Part shown: positions 25,945 to 34,897 of the stretch, in pieces
Numbering within the stretch: position 1 is the first letter of the stretch
Layout: each line of letters opens with the position of its first letter
DNA from: an uncultured Acidimicrobiales bacterium
GTDB taxonomy: Bacteria > Actinomycetota > Acidimicrobiia > Acidimicrobiales > SZUA-35
NCBI GenBank assembly: GCA_938021675.1
Contig: CALIFY010000014.1
Span: forward strand, 34,726-98,725
Direction of reading: 5' to 3'
Length of the DNA: 64,000 nt
Notes under the pieces: model-generated
Seen by the model: the letters and a program-made list of their open reading frames with translations, nothing else
Told to the model about the DNA's origin: nothing
Database searches by the model: none
Position numbers and translations under genes: made by a program

Positions 25945-26934
25945 GTGCGAGTATTTCATCGACATGCCGACGGTCGGATACAACAGCGCAACCCAGGTAT
26001 GTTCGAGGTTGATCTGACTGGGTGGTTCTGTGGTGCCGTCCAGCCTGGTGATCTGGTCTTGACGGGTTGTTCCGATGTGGTATCTCGTCTGGTCCAGCTT
26101 TTTACCGGCAGCGATTTTAGTCATGCTGCCATCGTTACTGGATCGGGCACGGTGGTCGAGGCGTACGACTATGGCTTAACTCCTCAGGAGGATGACGGTG
26201 GGGCATACGAGACCCCCTTTGATGTGCTTCTGAAGAGGGGTGCGTTGGATCGGATCATGATCCGCCGCCCGGTTGATTTGGATGCCGACAGTCTGGAACG
26301 GACGGTCAGGTTTGCCCTGAACAATGCGCCACCGTTCCCCAATGTTGGTGTCATGGCTACCGTTCTTCTACTCGTCACCGCCAGACCACTCGGTCAACGG
26401 GTTCTCCGAGGGTTGCGACGGATCGGTTTCGATGGCGCTTTCGGGCGTGCTCTGATACGTGTGGTGGCCGACGGGCCTGAACACTGTCACTGCTCGGAAC
26501 TGGTCGTTCGGCTGTACTCGGGTGCCGAGGTTCCTCTGGTCTGGAGAGATCCGGCCCTCGGGCCGTACATGCCACTGGTGTCAGCTGCTGTTCGACGTGG
26601 TGATGGCACGATCCGGGTTGATCGAAAGCTTCGAGGCAAGGTCGCATCCCTCAACCGTCACCTAGGGCGCAAAGCGTTCGGCGGCGATCGGGTGATGGTC
26701 GACGTCGAGGACACCCCTATCCAGGTGGTCGGCGCCATGCTGGTCGCGGTGTTGCAGACCCAGTCGATGCTAAAAAGAGCGATCCTCGCTCGGGTGCAGA
26801 GCGCCCACAACCATGAATCGGATATAGCCGACTTGATCGTCCCCGCTGACCTCGAACGGGTTGAACCATTTGAAACGATCGGATGCGTAGTTAAACGGCG
26901 AGACGGTTGGTGCCACGTTGGGCCACCGGTATGA
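25945..26934 (+). CDS. Permuted papain-fold (YiiX / peptidase C92-like) protein
   Basis: PGDLVLTGCSDVVSRLVQLFTGSDFSHAAIVTGSGTVVEAYD, and downstream HCHCSELVVRLY (Cys in a CSELV context, as in the YiiX family). A GTG start follows a strong SD (aaggggggaag). The upstream 200 bp are visibly AT-richer than the surroundings. Confidence 0.55.
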   Translation: MRVFHRHADGRIQQRNPGMFEVDLTGWFCGAVQPGDLVLTGCSDVVSRLVQLFTGSDFSHAAIVTGSGTVVEAYDYGLTPQEDDGGAYETPFDVLLKRGALDRIMIRRPVDLDADSLERTVRFALNNAPPFPNVGVMATVLLLVTARPLGQRVLRGLRRIGFDGAFGRALIRVVADGPEHCHCSELVVRLYSGAEVPLVWRDPALGPYMPLVSAAVRRGDGTIRVDRKLRGKVASLNRHLGRKAFGGDRVMVDVEDTPIQVVGAMLVAVLQTQSMLKRAILARVQSAHNHESDIADLIVPADLERVEPFETIGCVVKRRDGWCHVGPPV

Positions 26935-27030
26935 CGAACTACTCGATGCATGACGACGACCATGAGGACGCTCGGACGTCGATCCATTTTGATGGCGGTT
27001 TCGCTGTCGTCGGACCGCAGCGCAATCGGC

Positions 27031-28062
27031 TCAGCAGGCGTTGGCGGTGACTTCGTTGTCGGCGACCGACGTCGATGACGAAGTCGGTCGAATGCCGAGG
27101 ATGCGACAGGTGGCCACCGTGAGTTCTGGGCGGTTCATCGTATAAAAGTGAAAGTGTCGGACGCCGCGTTCGGCAAGCTCACGGCATTGTTCTGCCGCCA
27201 CTGTGGCCGCAACCAACCGGTGGATCTCTGGAGCGTCGTCGAGGCCGTCGAACAACTCGGGCATCCACTCTGGAATATTGGTCCCACATCGGTTGGCGAA
27301 CCGGGAGATGTTTTTGAATGAGGTGATCGGCATAATTCCGGCGACGATCGGGATCGAGATGCCGGCCGCCCGGCACCGATCTTGAAATCGTAGGAAGGTG
27401 TCGTTGTCGTAGAAGAACTGGGTGATGGCCCGGTCGGCTCCGGCGTCGATCTTTTCCTTCAATCGGTCGAGATCAGCAGCAGCCGACAAGGCCTTTGGAT
27501 GAACCTCGGGATATGCCGCCACCGAGATCTCCACCTCGTCGCCGACTTGTTCTCGGATGCCCGACACGAGTTCGGCCGCGGAGGCGAAACCGGTCGTTTC
27601 CGGTGCCGTGGTTCCCTGATCGGCCGGTGGGTCGCCACGAAGGGCGACGATGTGGTCGACTCCGCGATCTCGATACCGGTCGACCATGGCCAAGGTCTCA
27701 TCTTTGCTGGCAGCCACAGTGGTCAGATGCCCGGCTAGCCGAAGGGTCGTCCCAGCGATGAGCCGGTCGAGCGTGTCGAGCGTGCGGTCACGGTTCGATC
27801 CCCCGGCGCCGTATGTGACCGAGGCGAAGCTCGGTCCGAGCCGGTCGAGTTCGGCGGCGCATCCGACCAGCCGGTCGGTCGCCTCCTCGGAATTTGGGGG
27901 AAAGAATTCGAACGACACCTCAAGCTCGGCTCGGAGGGGGATCGCCGGCCAGGGTCGGCGAGCCAATCGTTCGGCGGCATCGCCAAGGTCGATCTCGGCT
28001 TGGGCGGCTTCGGTTGCCCGGTCGGCGGGGATAGGCCGGGGCGGAACTCCGTGGTCGGTCAT
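27031..28062 (-). CDS. metF: 5,10-methylenetetrahydrofolate reductase
   Basis: VSFEFFPP, SVTYGAGGS, and a TIM-barrel MTHFR pattern throughout. Confidence 0.85.
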   Translation of the reverse strand: MTDHGVPPRPIPADRATEAAQAEIDLGDAAERLARRPWPAIPLRAELEVSFEFFPPNSEEATDRLVGCAAELDRLGPSFASVTYGAGGSNRDRTLDTLDRLIAGTTLRLAGHLTTVAASKDETLAMVDRYRDRGVDHIVALRGDPPADQGTTAPETTGFASAAELVSGIREQVGDEVEISVAAYPEVHPKALSAAADLDRLKEKIDAGADRAITQFFYDNDTFLRFQDRCRAAGISIPIVAGIMPITSFKNISRFANRCGTNIPEWMPELFDGLDDAPEIHRLVAATVAAEQCRELAERGVRHFHFYTMNRPELTVATCRILGIRPTSSSTSVADNEVTANAC

Positions 28063-28063
28063 G

Positions 28064-29185
28064 TTAGGACACCTGCTGCGGGTTGTCGGTCTCGGTTGAA
28101 TTTGGGGCCGCCGCCGCCCACACGCTGACGGTGAGGAGTCGGTCGGAATCGGCGGCGATCTGGCTGGGGGGAAGGTGGTGAATCTGGTCGGGGGTAAGGC
28201 CGGCGTCTGCGAACCAATTCAGTACCTCCCCGTCGGCGAATCCAAGCCGGCGGTGGGCGTGATCTGAACGGAGGCTCTCCAAACGATGCGGTGCGAAGTC
28301 GACGACGGTCAGAAGCCCACCAGGTCGTAGTGCGGCGGCGGAGGCGGTTATGGCTGCTCCCGGGTCGTCGAGGAAGTGTAGGACGTGGTGAAGGACTGCC
28401 GCATCAAATCGGCTCGATCCGATGTCGAGGGCGTAGACGTTTGCTTGTCGGACCGAGCAGTGGTCGAATCCGAGAGCGGTCAGGTTGCTCCTGGCGAGCC
28501 GGAGCATCCCGGCACTCAGGTCGACGCCAAGTCCTGAGTCGATCGACCGACCGAAGATTTCGAGAATGCGACCGGTGCCGGTACCAACATCGAGTAGCGA
28601 TTCGATCGGTCGGCCGTCGATCCGGTGGTTGCCGACGGTCGTCAACAACGCAGCTTCCACCTCTCCGTCAGCTACGTGGAGTGAACGGATGTCATTCCAG
28701 CTGGTGGCGATTTCCTCGAAGTACCGGCCGGCAGCATCGGCCCGCTCCGCCCTGATCGCGGACAATCGCTGCCGATCGGCGGCGACCGTCGTATCTTCGG
28801 GGTCGACTATTCCGTGCACGGTCTTGAATAGCCGTCGACCTGGTTCGCGGCGGGTGGGAGAGAAAAACGCATTCGTGCCTTCGGCGTGACGGTCGAGGAG
28901 GCCGGCCTCGCACAGGAGGCGAAGGTGGCGGCTGACCCGCGGCTGTGTCTGACCGAGAACTCGGCACAATTCGGACACCGTCAGCTCCCCTTCGGCCAGG
29001 ATGGCCAGAATCCGGAGTCTTGTTTGCTCGCCTGCAGCGCGGAGGGTGGCCAGCGCAGTATCGAGATTTGCTCCACCGGCCGTGGCGTGAGAGCTGTCGG
29101 CGACGGCCAATCGCTCGATTGGTTCTCTACGTTTCTCGCCAGAAGTCGTGCTAGTTGCGCCGGAGCGTGGTTCGGTGGCGGTCAC
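28064..29185 (-). CDS. ArsR-family HTH fused to a SAM-dependent-methyltransferase-like domain (SahR-like regulator)
   Basis: ArsR HTH (RLRILAILAEGELTVSELCRVLGQTQPRVSRHLRLLCEAGLL), then a methyltransferase motif I (LLDVGTGTGRILE). Only 1 nt separates it from metF. Confidence 0.75.
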   Translation of the reverse strand: MTATEPRSGATSTTSGEKRREPIERLAVADSSHATAGGANLDTALATLRAAGEQTRLRILAILAEGELTVSELCRVLGQTQPRVSRHLRLLCEAGLLDRHAEGTNAFFSPTRREPGRRLFKTVHGIVDPEDTTVAADRQRLSAIRAERADAAGRYFEEIATSWNDIRSLHVADGEVEAALLTTVGNHRIDGRPIESLLDVGTGTGRILEIFGRSIDSGLGVDLSAGMLRLARSNLTALGFDHCSVRQANVYALDIGSSRFDAAVLHHVLHFLDDPGAAITASAAALRPGGLLTVVDFAPHRLESLRSDHAHRRLGFADGEVLNWFADAGLTPDQIHHLPPSQIAADSDRLLTVSVWAAAAPNSTETDNPQQVS

Positions 29186-29209
29186 GAGTCCTCTGCTCCC
29201 TAGTCAAGC

Positions 29210-29240
29210 TTTACGTCAAGCTGGTCAAGCTTGACGTAAA
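29210..29240. promoter_or_regulatory. Perfect inverted repeat, 12-bp arms with 7-bp spacer (candidate operator and/or hairpin)
   Basis: tttacgtcaagc-tggtcaa-gcttgacgtaaa. It is nested with three copies of gtcaagct and the 12-bp palindrome gtcaagcttgac (29224..29235). It lies 25-55 bp upstream of the SahR-like GTG start. Confidence 0.55.
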
Positions 29241-29241
29241 T

Positions 29242-29257
29242 ATAAAGATATCTTTAT
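29242..29257. promoter_or_regulatory. Perfect 16-bp AT-rich palindrome (candidate operator)
   Basis: ataaagat|atctttat, read directly. This is an exceptional AT-rich symmetric element in a high-GC context, between the alkA-like stop and the SahR-like start. Confidence 0.5.
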
Positions 29258-29273
29258 CTATAGTCAATAGCCA

Positions 29274-30155
29274 CTAGTGGCCGAGATGAAGACCGTCGTC
29301 ATCCAGCGAGAGCTTCGGGCCGTATTTCGGCGCCGATCCGGCCGACTTTGCCAGGCGGACGACCCGCCACCGGTGGCCGACATAGGGCTCGAGCAGTTCG
29401 AGCATCCGCTCGTCGGTCCCTCGGGGTTCGCCAGCGAGGAACCACGCGACGGTATTGGGGATGTGGAAGTCGCCGATCGGCACGGCATCGGGATCACCGA
29501 AGGCGACCGCCGTGGTGAGAGCTGCGGTCCATGGGCCGATGCCACGGATTCGTTGCAGTCGGGCCGCGGCCGCTTGCGGCGACTTCGCCCCAAGATTCCC
29601 AATGCGTGACAGTTCCCGTCCAGCTCGGATGAGCGTCTCGGCTCGTTTCCGTTCCACGCCGAGTGGATGGAAGTCGTAGTACCCCATCTCCGCAACCCGT
29701 TGTGGCGATGGCAACACCCAACCGGTCCGCGGCCCGGGGGCCGGGTCGCCATAGCGACGAGCCAGCAGCTGTCGAGACCGCTTGGCATGCTGGACCTGAA
29801 CCTTTTGACCGAGAATCGCTCCGATGAGCGCATCCCAGGGTCGGTCGGTTCTCGCCAACTTGAACGGTTTTTGTCGCCAGAGAGTACCGACGATCCCGTC
29901 GGGACGGAATCCGGTCACGTCGTCTTGCGAACCGAGTATCCGAGGGGCCTGGTCGAGCAGCCACCCCGCGCCGGGTCCCCACGACTCAACCTCGATCCCG
30001 GTGTCGGACGTGCGGGTCAAGCTGATCGAGCCAGGACCATCAGGGGTTCTTGTCGTCCACCAGAACTCGGTCGGACCAACCAACACCGGATTCTTGGCCC
30101 CCCGGACGGTCTCCCGAACGTTCAGCGTCGCCGGAATGTCGATCGTCCGCTTCAT
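29274..30155 (-). CDS. HhH-GPD superfamily DNA glycosylase (AlkA-like)
   Basis: WDALIGAILGQKVQVQHAKRSRQLL...LQRIRGIGPWTAALTTAVAFGDPDAVPIGD. The start was moved to ATG 30155 (MKRTIDIP...) because the upstream extension is Arg-rich junk. Confidence 0.7.
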   Translation of the reverse strand: MKRTIDIPATLNVRETVRGAKNPVLVGPTEFWWTTRTPDGPGSISLTRTSDTGIEVESWGPGAGWLLDQAPRILGSQDDVTGFRPDGIVGTLWRQKPFKLARTDRPWDALIGAILGQKVQVQHAKRSRQLLARRYGDPAPGPRTGWVLPSPQRVAEMGYYDFHPLGVERKRAETLIRAGRELSRIGNLGAKSPQAAAARLQRIRGIGPWTAALTTAVAFGDPDAVPIGDFHIPNTVAWFLAGEPRGTDERMLELLEPYVGHRWRVVRLAKSAGSAPKYGPKLSLDDDGLHLGH

Positions 30156-30199
30156 CGCCGCGAGCCTAGCCCGACGCGGATTGAGGAATCGACGCTCCG

Positions 30200-31684
30200 C
30201 TAGTCGAGTAAACCGGTAACGACGAACTCTGCTCGGCGGCTCTCCGACGCGGTGCGTTCGTCGTCGCCGACCGTTGCGCCTTCTTCGCCCCGGGCGTCGA
30301 TATCGACCTGGCTGCGGTCGACACCCTGCAGAAGCCAATAGTTGATAACCGCCTGGCCCCGTTGCTCGGCAACCTTGCGATTCACCTCTTCGCTGCCAAC
30401 GGCATCGGTTCGACTGATGATAGAGATCGTTGCCTGCGGATTCTGACGCAGCAGTACTGCCCCAAGATCAAGGATCGGGAGGAAGGCTGGATCGACCTCC
30501 ACACTGTTGAAGGGGAACAGCACCACGTCGTCTACGTAGACCGGGGCGCTCTCGCCGGGGTTGATAACCGCTGCCGGGTCGACCGTGTACCCATTGACAA
30601 CGTTTTCAGGGCCGACGACGGCCGCCGCCTTTTGCTCGATCTGTTCGCCGACCTCCTCGCTTGGAACCGCACCGCTGAGGTAGACCTTGCCGCTGCGAAG
30701 CACGGCCTGTCTGCCGGAGTCATTATCGATGCTGTCCTCGGAGGCACCGGTGGCCGCCCGTTCTGAAGCGGCGGTCTCGGTGTTGGCGCCGTCGTCTGTT
30801 GCGTCGTCGGTTCTGTCGACCCCGCCACCGGTCCGAGCATCGGCGGAGGCCTCGGTCGCCCCGCCGACTGCTGCATCGTCGTCAGAGTCGGGCTCACCAT
30901 CGGTGGGCAGGGTGGGTGCTGTCTCGTTGGCCTTCACCGAACCTTCTGCGTCGCCGGTGGTGTCTTCCGCTGCCGGTGGGTCCGCCACTTCTCCGGCGTT
31001 GCTGGCTTGGACCGCTTCAGCGGCCGAACCGGTGATCGTTTCGGTGTCCGTTGACCCGTCCGACTGGGTAAACAGATATCCGAGGGTTCCCATGCCGACG
31101 ACGACCAGCACGCCTAGCAGTGCCAACCCGACGACCTTGGCCGAGCGCCGCTTCGATCGTGTACTCTCGCCGTCGATCGAATCGGATGCCCCGGACCTGC
31201 CGATGAGGTTGGCCGACGGGTTTTTAGGATCAACGCGGCGCTCTATCTCTTCCGACGGCATCTTTTCCGGTTGTCCTGAGGTCGCTGGCCCAGGTGAAGC
31301 CGTGCTCCTCGGCAAGGTATTCGGCAAGGTATTCGGCGGGATTGTCGCCGTCGAACCTTCGGCGTTCGTCTTCTTTTCGGTCGACGCCGCTACGGGACCG
31401 GTGACCGCCGCGTTATCGCTCGGATCGATGTCTGTTTCGGTGTGATCATGGGCGCCCCGGCGGCGCTCGAGCTGACGGCGACGCCGCGGCGAACTCGACG
31501 GTCCCTCACCGGTCTTTGCCCCTAGGCCAGGATGAATCGGTCGGCTCGGTTCCTGCTCTCTGAGCTGGTTGTTGGTCTCGGGTTCGGTTTCCTGCCCTTT
31601 GGCCGGAACCTCGTTGGCCGCGGTGTCGGCCGTTCGATTCGCCCAGCTCGGCAGCTCGTCAAAATCACTCATCTCGGCCACCAC
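30200..31684 (-). CDS. OmpA-family (OmpA_C-like) envelope protein with disordered acidic N-region and one TM
   Basis: TM helix VVGLALLGVLVVVGMGTLGYLF. C-terminal OmpA-like region FPFNSVEVDPAFLPILDLGAVLL...ISRTDAVGSEEVNRKVAEQRGQAV...RRAEFVV. Confidence 0.75.
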   Translation of the reverse strand: MVAEMSDFDELPSWANRTADTAANEVPAKGQETEPETNNQLREQEPSRPIHPGLGAKTGEGPSSSPRRRRQLERRRGAHDHTETDIDPSDNAAVTGPVAASTEKKTNAEGSTATIPPNTLPNTLPRSTASPGPATSGQPEKMPSEEIERRVDPKNPSANLIGRSGASDSIDGESTRSKRRSAKVVGLALLGVLVVVGMGTLGYLFTQSDGSTDTETITGSAAEAVQASNAGEVADPPAAEDTTGDAEGSVKANETAPTLPTDGEPDSDDDAAVGGATEASADARTGGGVDRTDDATDDGANTETAASERAATGASEDSIDNDSGRQAVLRSGKVYLSGAVPSEEVGEQIEQKAAAVVGPENVVNGYTVDPAAVINPGESAPVYVDDVVLFPFNSVEVDPAFLPILDLGAVLLRQNPQATISIISRTDAVGSEEVNRKVAEQRGQAVINYWLLQGVDRSQVDIDARGEEGATVGDDERTASESRRAEFVVTGLLD

Positions 31685-31800
31685 TTCCTCGTCTTATCCC
31701 CACCCCGGACAAGGGTATCGGTGGAGGTCCATGCAAAACCAACAAGCGGTGCGCAGTCGATGAAGCGTTCGTCACCGCTCTCTCGCCGGTGTCCTGTGGC

Positions 31801-32562
31801 CTACACGAGCGGCCAGGGCCAGCGGTGTCCGCCGGTGTCGTCGGCAGGGAACTGCCCTATCTCAAGAAGCGCCGTGGTTCGAGTCATCATGGCGTCGGTT
31901 TCGAACGGATCGAGAAGCGAGGTCAACTCGTCGGGCGGACCGGTTTCGACGAACTCGGCGAGAGCGGTACGGATCGGTTCGGGAAGTGGGTCGCCGACGT
32001 AATCCCACAGAACGGTCCGAAGCTTGAATTGCGCGTGGAACGACAGTCCGTGATCGATGCCATACACCCGGCCGTCACGACCGAGAAGACAATGGCCAGA
32101 TTTTCGGTCGGTGTTATTGGCGATCACGTCGAGCGTGCACAGCCGCTCAAGGTCGGATCGACCGATACCGCTCTCACGCAGAGTGAAATAGTGCTGGTCG
32201 AAGTCGGCGTCGACGAACGCTTGAATCGACCCCTCACCAAAGGGTCCGTCGGCAAGCGCGGTCGGTGGTACGACATCCCACCCGAGGGCGTCGGATAGTC
32301 GAAACATCGCAACTTCGCGCCGGAACAGGTCGCCGGGAAAATCCCATAGCGGGCGTTCGCCCCGGCCGGGCTTGTAGATCGCAGGATGGGTGCGGTCTGC
32401 GGTGTCGGTGACCGTTACCAGCAAGGTGGCGTTTGAGCTGTCCGCCATCCTGGCTTCGACCACGATCTCACCGGTCTGGAACAGGTCGATCAACTCGTCG
32501 GCCGGAAGATCGAACGCACTCTCGGTCGACTCGTTTGGTCCGTCGGAGCCGTCGTCGTCCAT
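31801..32562 (-). CDS. SCO1664-family protein (PI3/4-kinase-like fold)
   Basis: AIYKPGRGERPLWDFP...GSIQAFVDAD...DVIANNTDRKSGHCLL...YGIDHGLSFH. The start is set at ATG 32562, which shares one nt with the DUF3090 stop (TGATG). Confidence 0.7.
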   Translation of the reverse strand: MDDDGSDGPNESTESAFDLPADELIDLFQTGEIVVEARMADSSNATLLVTVTDTADRTHPAIYKPGRGERPLWDFPGDLFRREVAMFRLSDALGWDVVPPTALADGPFGEGSIQAFVDADFDQHYFTLRESGIGRSDLERLCTLDVIANNTDRKSGHCLLGRDGRVYGIDHGLSFHAQFKLRTVLWDYVGDPLPEPIRTALAEFVETGPPDELTSLLDPFETDAMMTRTTALLEIGQFPADDTGGHRWPWPLV

Positions 32563-33074
32563 CAGTTCAGACGAGGGCAGGAGTGGCCTTCCGGATCGAG
32601 TGGTTGACCGCAGAGGCGGCATGGGGGCCGGCCCTTGGTCATCAGCTCGTTTGACATGGCGACAAAGCCGGCTGCTTGGTCGGCACGGACGTGAGCCCGG
32701 ATCTTGCCGCCATCGGACTCGCCGAACAGCATGGCGTCCTCTTCGTCGGCCTCATCATCGGGCTGTTGTTCTTGAATCACGATGACAACCTCGCCATCGG
32801 CTTCGTCGAGCCCGACCGCTATCTGGCCCACCGTCCACTCGGCAACGGTCGGTTCGATAAGTGGCTGGGCTTCCGGGGGAACGTCGACCGACGGGAGGTC
32901 GTCTAGGGCTCCCTTGAGATATTGGGCGAGGGCGCGAACCTGCTGCTTTTCAAGCCGCACCGTCACGGTGGCCTCCTCGTCGCCGAGCTGAAGGTAGAAC
33001 ACCCGTTGACCGGGTTCGCCAATGGCTCCGGCCGTGAAGTGGGTGACGTTTCTAAACTCGAAGGAATCGCTCAT
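32562..33074 (-). CDS. DUF3090 family protein
   Basis: FTAGAIGEPGQRVFYLQ and the C-terminal Cys/His motif PPCRLCGQPLDPEGHSCPRLN. Confidence 0.75.
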   Translation of the reverse strand: MSDSFEFRNVTHFTAGAIGEPGQRVFYLQLGDEEATVTVRLEKQQVRALAQYLKGALDDLPSVDVPPEAQPLIEPTVAEWTVGQIAVGLDEADGEVVIVIQEQQPDDEADEEDAMLFGESDGGKIRAHVRADQAAGFVAMSNELMTKGRPPCRLCGQPLDPEGHSCPRLN

Positions 33075-33089
33075 ACCAATCCCGGAACC

Positions 33090-33743
33090 TCAGCTGGGAA
33101 CCAGCGCTTGTAAATCATCGCCCATCGAATTCACACCGAGCACTATCGGACCCCCAAATCCGTAGGTGATGACCGAAACAGAGCATGGGCCGACCACGAT
33201 CCGTTGGAACAGGTCGAGGTGGGTGCCGAGCGCATCGGCCACAACAGCCTTGATCGGATCGGCGTGTGACACCACGACGATCTTCTGACCGGGGTGCTCG
33301 CCAACAAGTTTGTGGATGGTGCCCACGATCCGTTGCTGCATTTCGGAAAACGATTCGCCGTCGGGGAACCGAAACCCGCTCGGGTAGTTCTGAACCCGTT
33401 GCCACTCCGCCAGTTTCGAAAGGTCCCCGAGTTTCCGTCCCGTCCAGCGACCGAAGTCGGCTTCGAGCAGACCTTTGTTGACCTTCACTTTCTGGCCGAG
33501 GGCGGCGGCGATGGGGGCTGCGGTCTCCCGCGTACGTTCCATAGGCGAGGCGTAGACCGCTGCAATCGATCGCTTTCCGATGGCCGCGATCCGCTCTGCC
33601 GCTCGTTCGGCCTGGGCCACGCCTTCATCGGCTAGGTGTAGGCCTTTGGCCCGGCCGGGGAGGACCTGCCCGGTCGTCGGAGTGCGGCCGTGGCGGACCA
33701 ACAGCACCGTTGTCGGTTTGCTTTTGGTTGACCGGGCCATCAT
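33090..33743 (-). CDS. Histidine phosphatase superfamily protein (MSMEG_4193-type putative phosphomutase)
   Basis: LLVRHGRT catalytic motif and a later SHADPIK. The gene sits upstream of the DUF3090 and SCO1664-family genes. Confidence 0.75.
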   Translation of the reverse strand: MMARSTKSKPTTVLLVRHGRTPTTGQVLPGRAKGLHLADEGVAQAERAAERIAAIGKRSIAAVYASPMERTRETAAPIAAALGQKVKVNKGLLEADFGRWTGRKLGDLSKLAEWQRVQNYPSGFRFPDGESFSEMQQRIVGTIHKLVGEHPGQKIVVVSHADPIKAVVADALGTHLDLFQRIVVGPCSVSVITYGFGGPIVLGVNSMGDDLQALVPS

Positions 33744-33860
33744 CGAACCCTATCGAAGGGCCGCGACCATGCGTCGGCGCCAAAGCGGTCGGCCGTCGGC
33801 AGCTTCCCCCGTGGGTCGGTTCTCGTAGTAAGAGTCAACGGTGAGGCTATCGTCACCGCC

Positions 33861-34529
33861 ATGGGAGACAGCTTGACGCTGGTCGGAGAGGATGTCGCTT
33901 CCTGTCGGATGTGCCCTCGGCTCGTCGAGTGGCGAGAGCGGGTGGCGGCCGAGAAACGGGCCGCATTCTTGGACCAGACCTACTGGGGTCGGGGTGTGCC
34001 GGCCTTCGGCGACCCGGAGGCGGCGGTGGCGGTGATCGGACTGGCCCCGGCCGCCCACGGGGCGAACCGAACCGGACGGATGTTCACCGGCGACCGTTCC
34101 GGCGATTGGCTCTATCGGGCCCTCCACCGGGCAGGATTCGCCAACCAACCGAGCAGTGTCGATCTCCACGATGGGTTGCACTTGACCGGCGCCATCGTTA
34201 CGTCGCCGGTGAAATGCGCTCCGCCGGCGAACAAGCCGACCACCGAGGAGCGCGACACCTGCCGGTCGTTCTTCGAACGAGAACTTGCGTTGGTCAACCC
34301 GAAGGTGTTCGTGGTGCTCGGAGGGTTCGCCTTCCAGGCGATGTGCCGCCATTTCGACCTACGGCCGCGACCCACCTTCGGGCACGGCGTCGAGGTGGCA
34401 CTCGACTCCGGCAGCACGATCGTGTGTAGCTACCACGTCTCTCAACAGAACACCTTCACCGGTCGCCTCACCGAGGAGATGCTCGATGCAGTGTTCGCCC
34501 GTGCCCGAGACCTGGCGCTGCTCGACTAA
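33861..34529 (+). CDS. Uracil-DNA glycosylase, family 5 (UdgB-like)
   Basis: CRMCPRL, then GLAPAAHGANRTGRMFTGD (a GLAPA-type motif, not the GEAPG of family 4), and a C-terminal HVSQQN. Confidence 0.75.
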   Translation: MGDSLTLVGEDVASCRMCPRLVEWRERVAAEKRAAFLDQTYWGRGVPAFGDPEAAVAVIGLAPAAHGANRTGRMFTGDRSGDWLYRALHRAGFANQPSSVDLHDGLHLTGAIVTSPVKCAPPANKPTTEERDTCRSFFERELALVNPKVFVVLGGFAFQAMCRHFDLRPRPTFGHGVEVALDSGSTIVCSYHVSQQNTFTGRLTEEMLDAVFARARDLALLD

Positions 34530-34539
34530 CGTCTTCGGA

Positions 34540-34857
34540 ATGCGGCCATTGGGCATCAGAATTTGGTTAGTGGCGGTGGCGGGAAGTCTGCTGCTGGCCG
34601 CCTGCGGGGTCGATGAGCCAACCGACTTCACCGCCGACAACCGCAGCGGTTTTATGGCCGCCTGCACCCGCTCGCTCGATGACACCCAACTGGTGACCGA
34701 CGTGTGCCGGTGCGTGTTCGCCGCGACCTCCGACGAGCTTTCGTTTGTCGAGTTTTCGTCCATCGACCGTCAGCTTCAAGAGAACCCCGAACAGGAGCTC
34801 CCGGAAGAAGTTCTCGACGTCATCGCCGAATGTGTCATCGAGGTTGGCGAGCTCTGA
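34540..34857 (+). CDS. Small lipoprotein, unknown function
   Basis: MRPLGIRIWLVAVAGSLLLAAC lipobox. The start was moved to ATG 34540. Confidence 0.5.
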   Translation: MRPLGIRIWLVAVAGSLLLAACGVDEPTDFTADNRSGFMAACTRSLDDTQLVTDVCRCVFAATSDELSFVEFSSIDRQLQENPEQELPEEVLDVIAECVIEVGEL

Positions 34858-34897
34858 ACAGGCGGTGGTTGGAGGTGGTGGAGTAGCCTCGGTGGCG

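Noticed and set aside
25736-26934. Genomic island or mobile element around the AT-richer spacer and the YiiX-like gene
   Set aside because: No integrase, transposase, tRNA target or flanking direct repeats were recognised. A single gene is not enough to call a mobile element.
29156-30338. Longer alkA-like ORF (29274..30338) with an Arg-rich 61-aa leader
   Set aside because: The leader overlaps the 3' end of the OmpA-family gene and reads as RRPGRRRRNGRRRR junk. ATG 30155 (MKRTIDIP) gives a sensible start.
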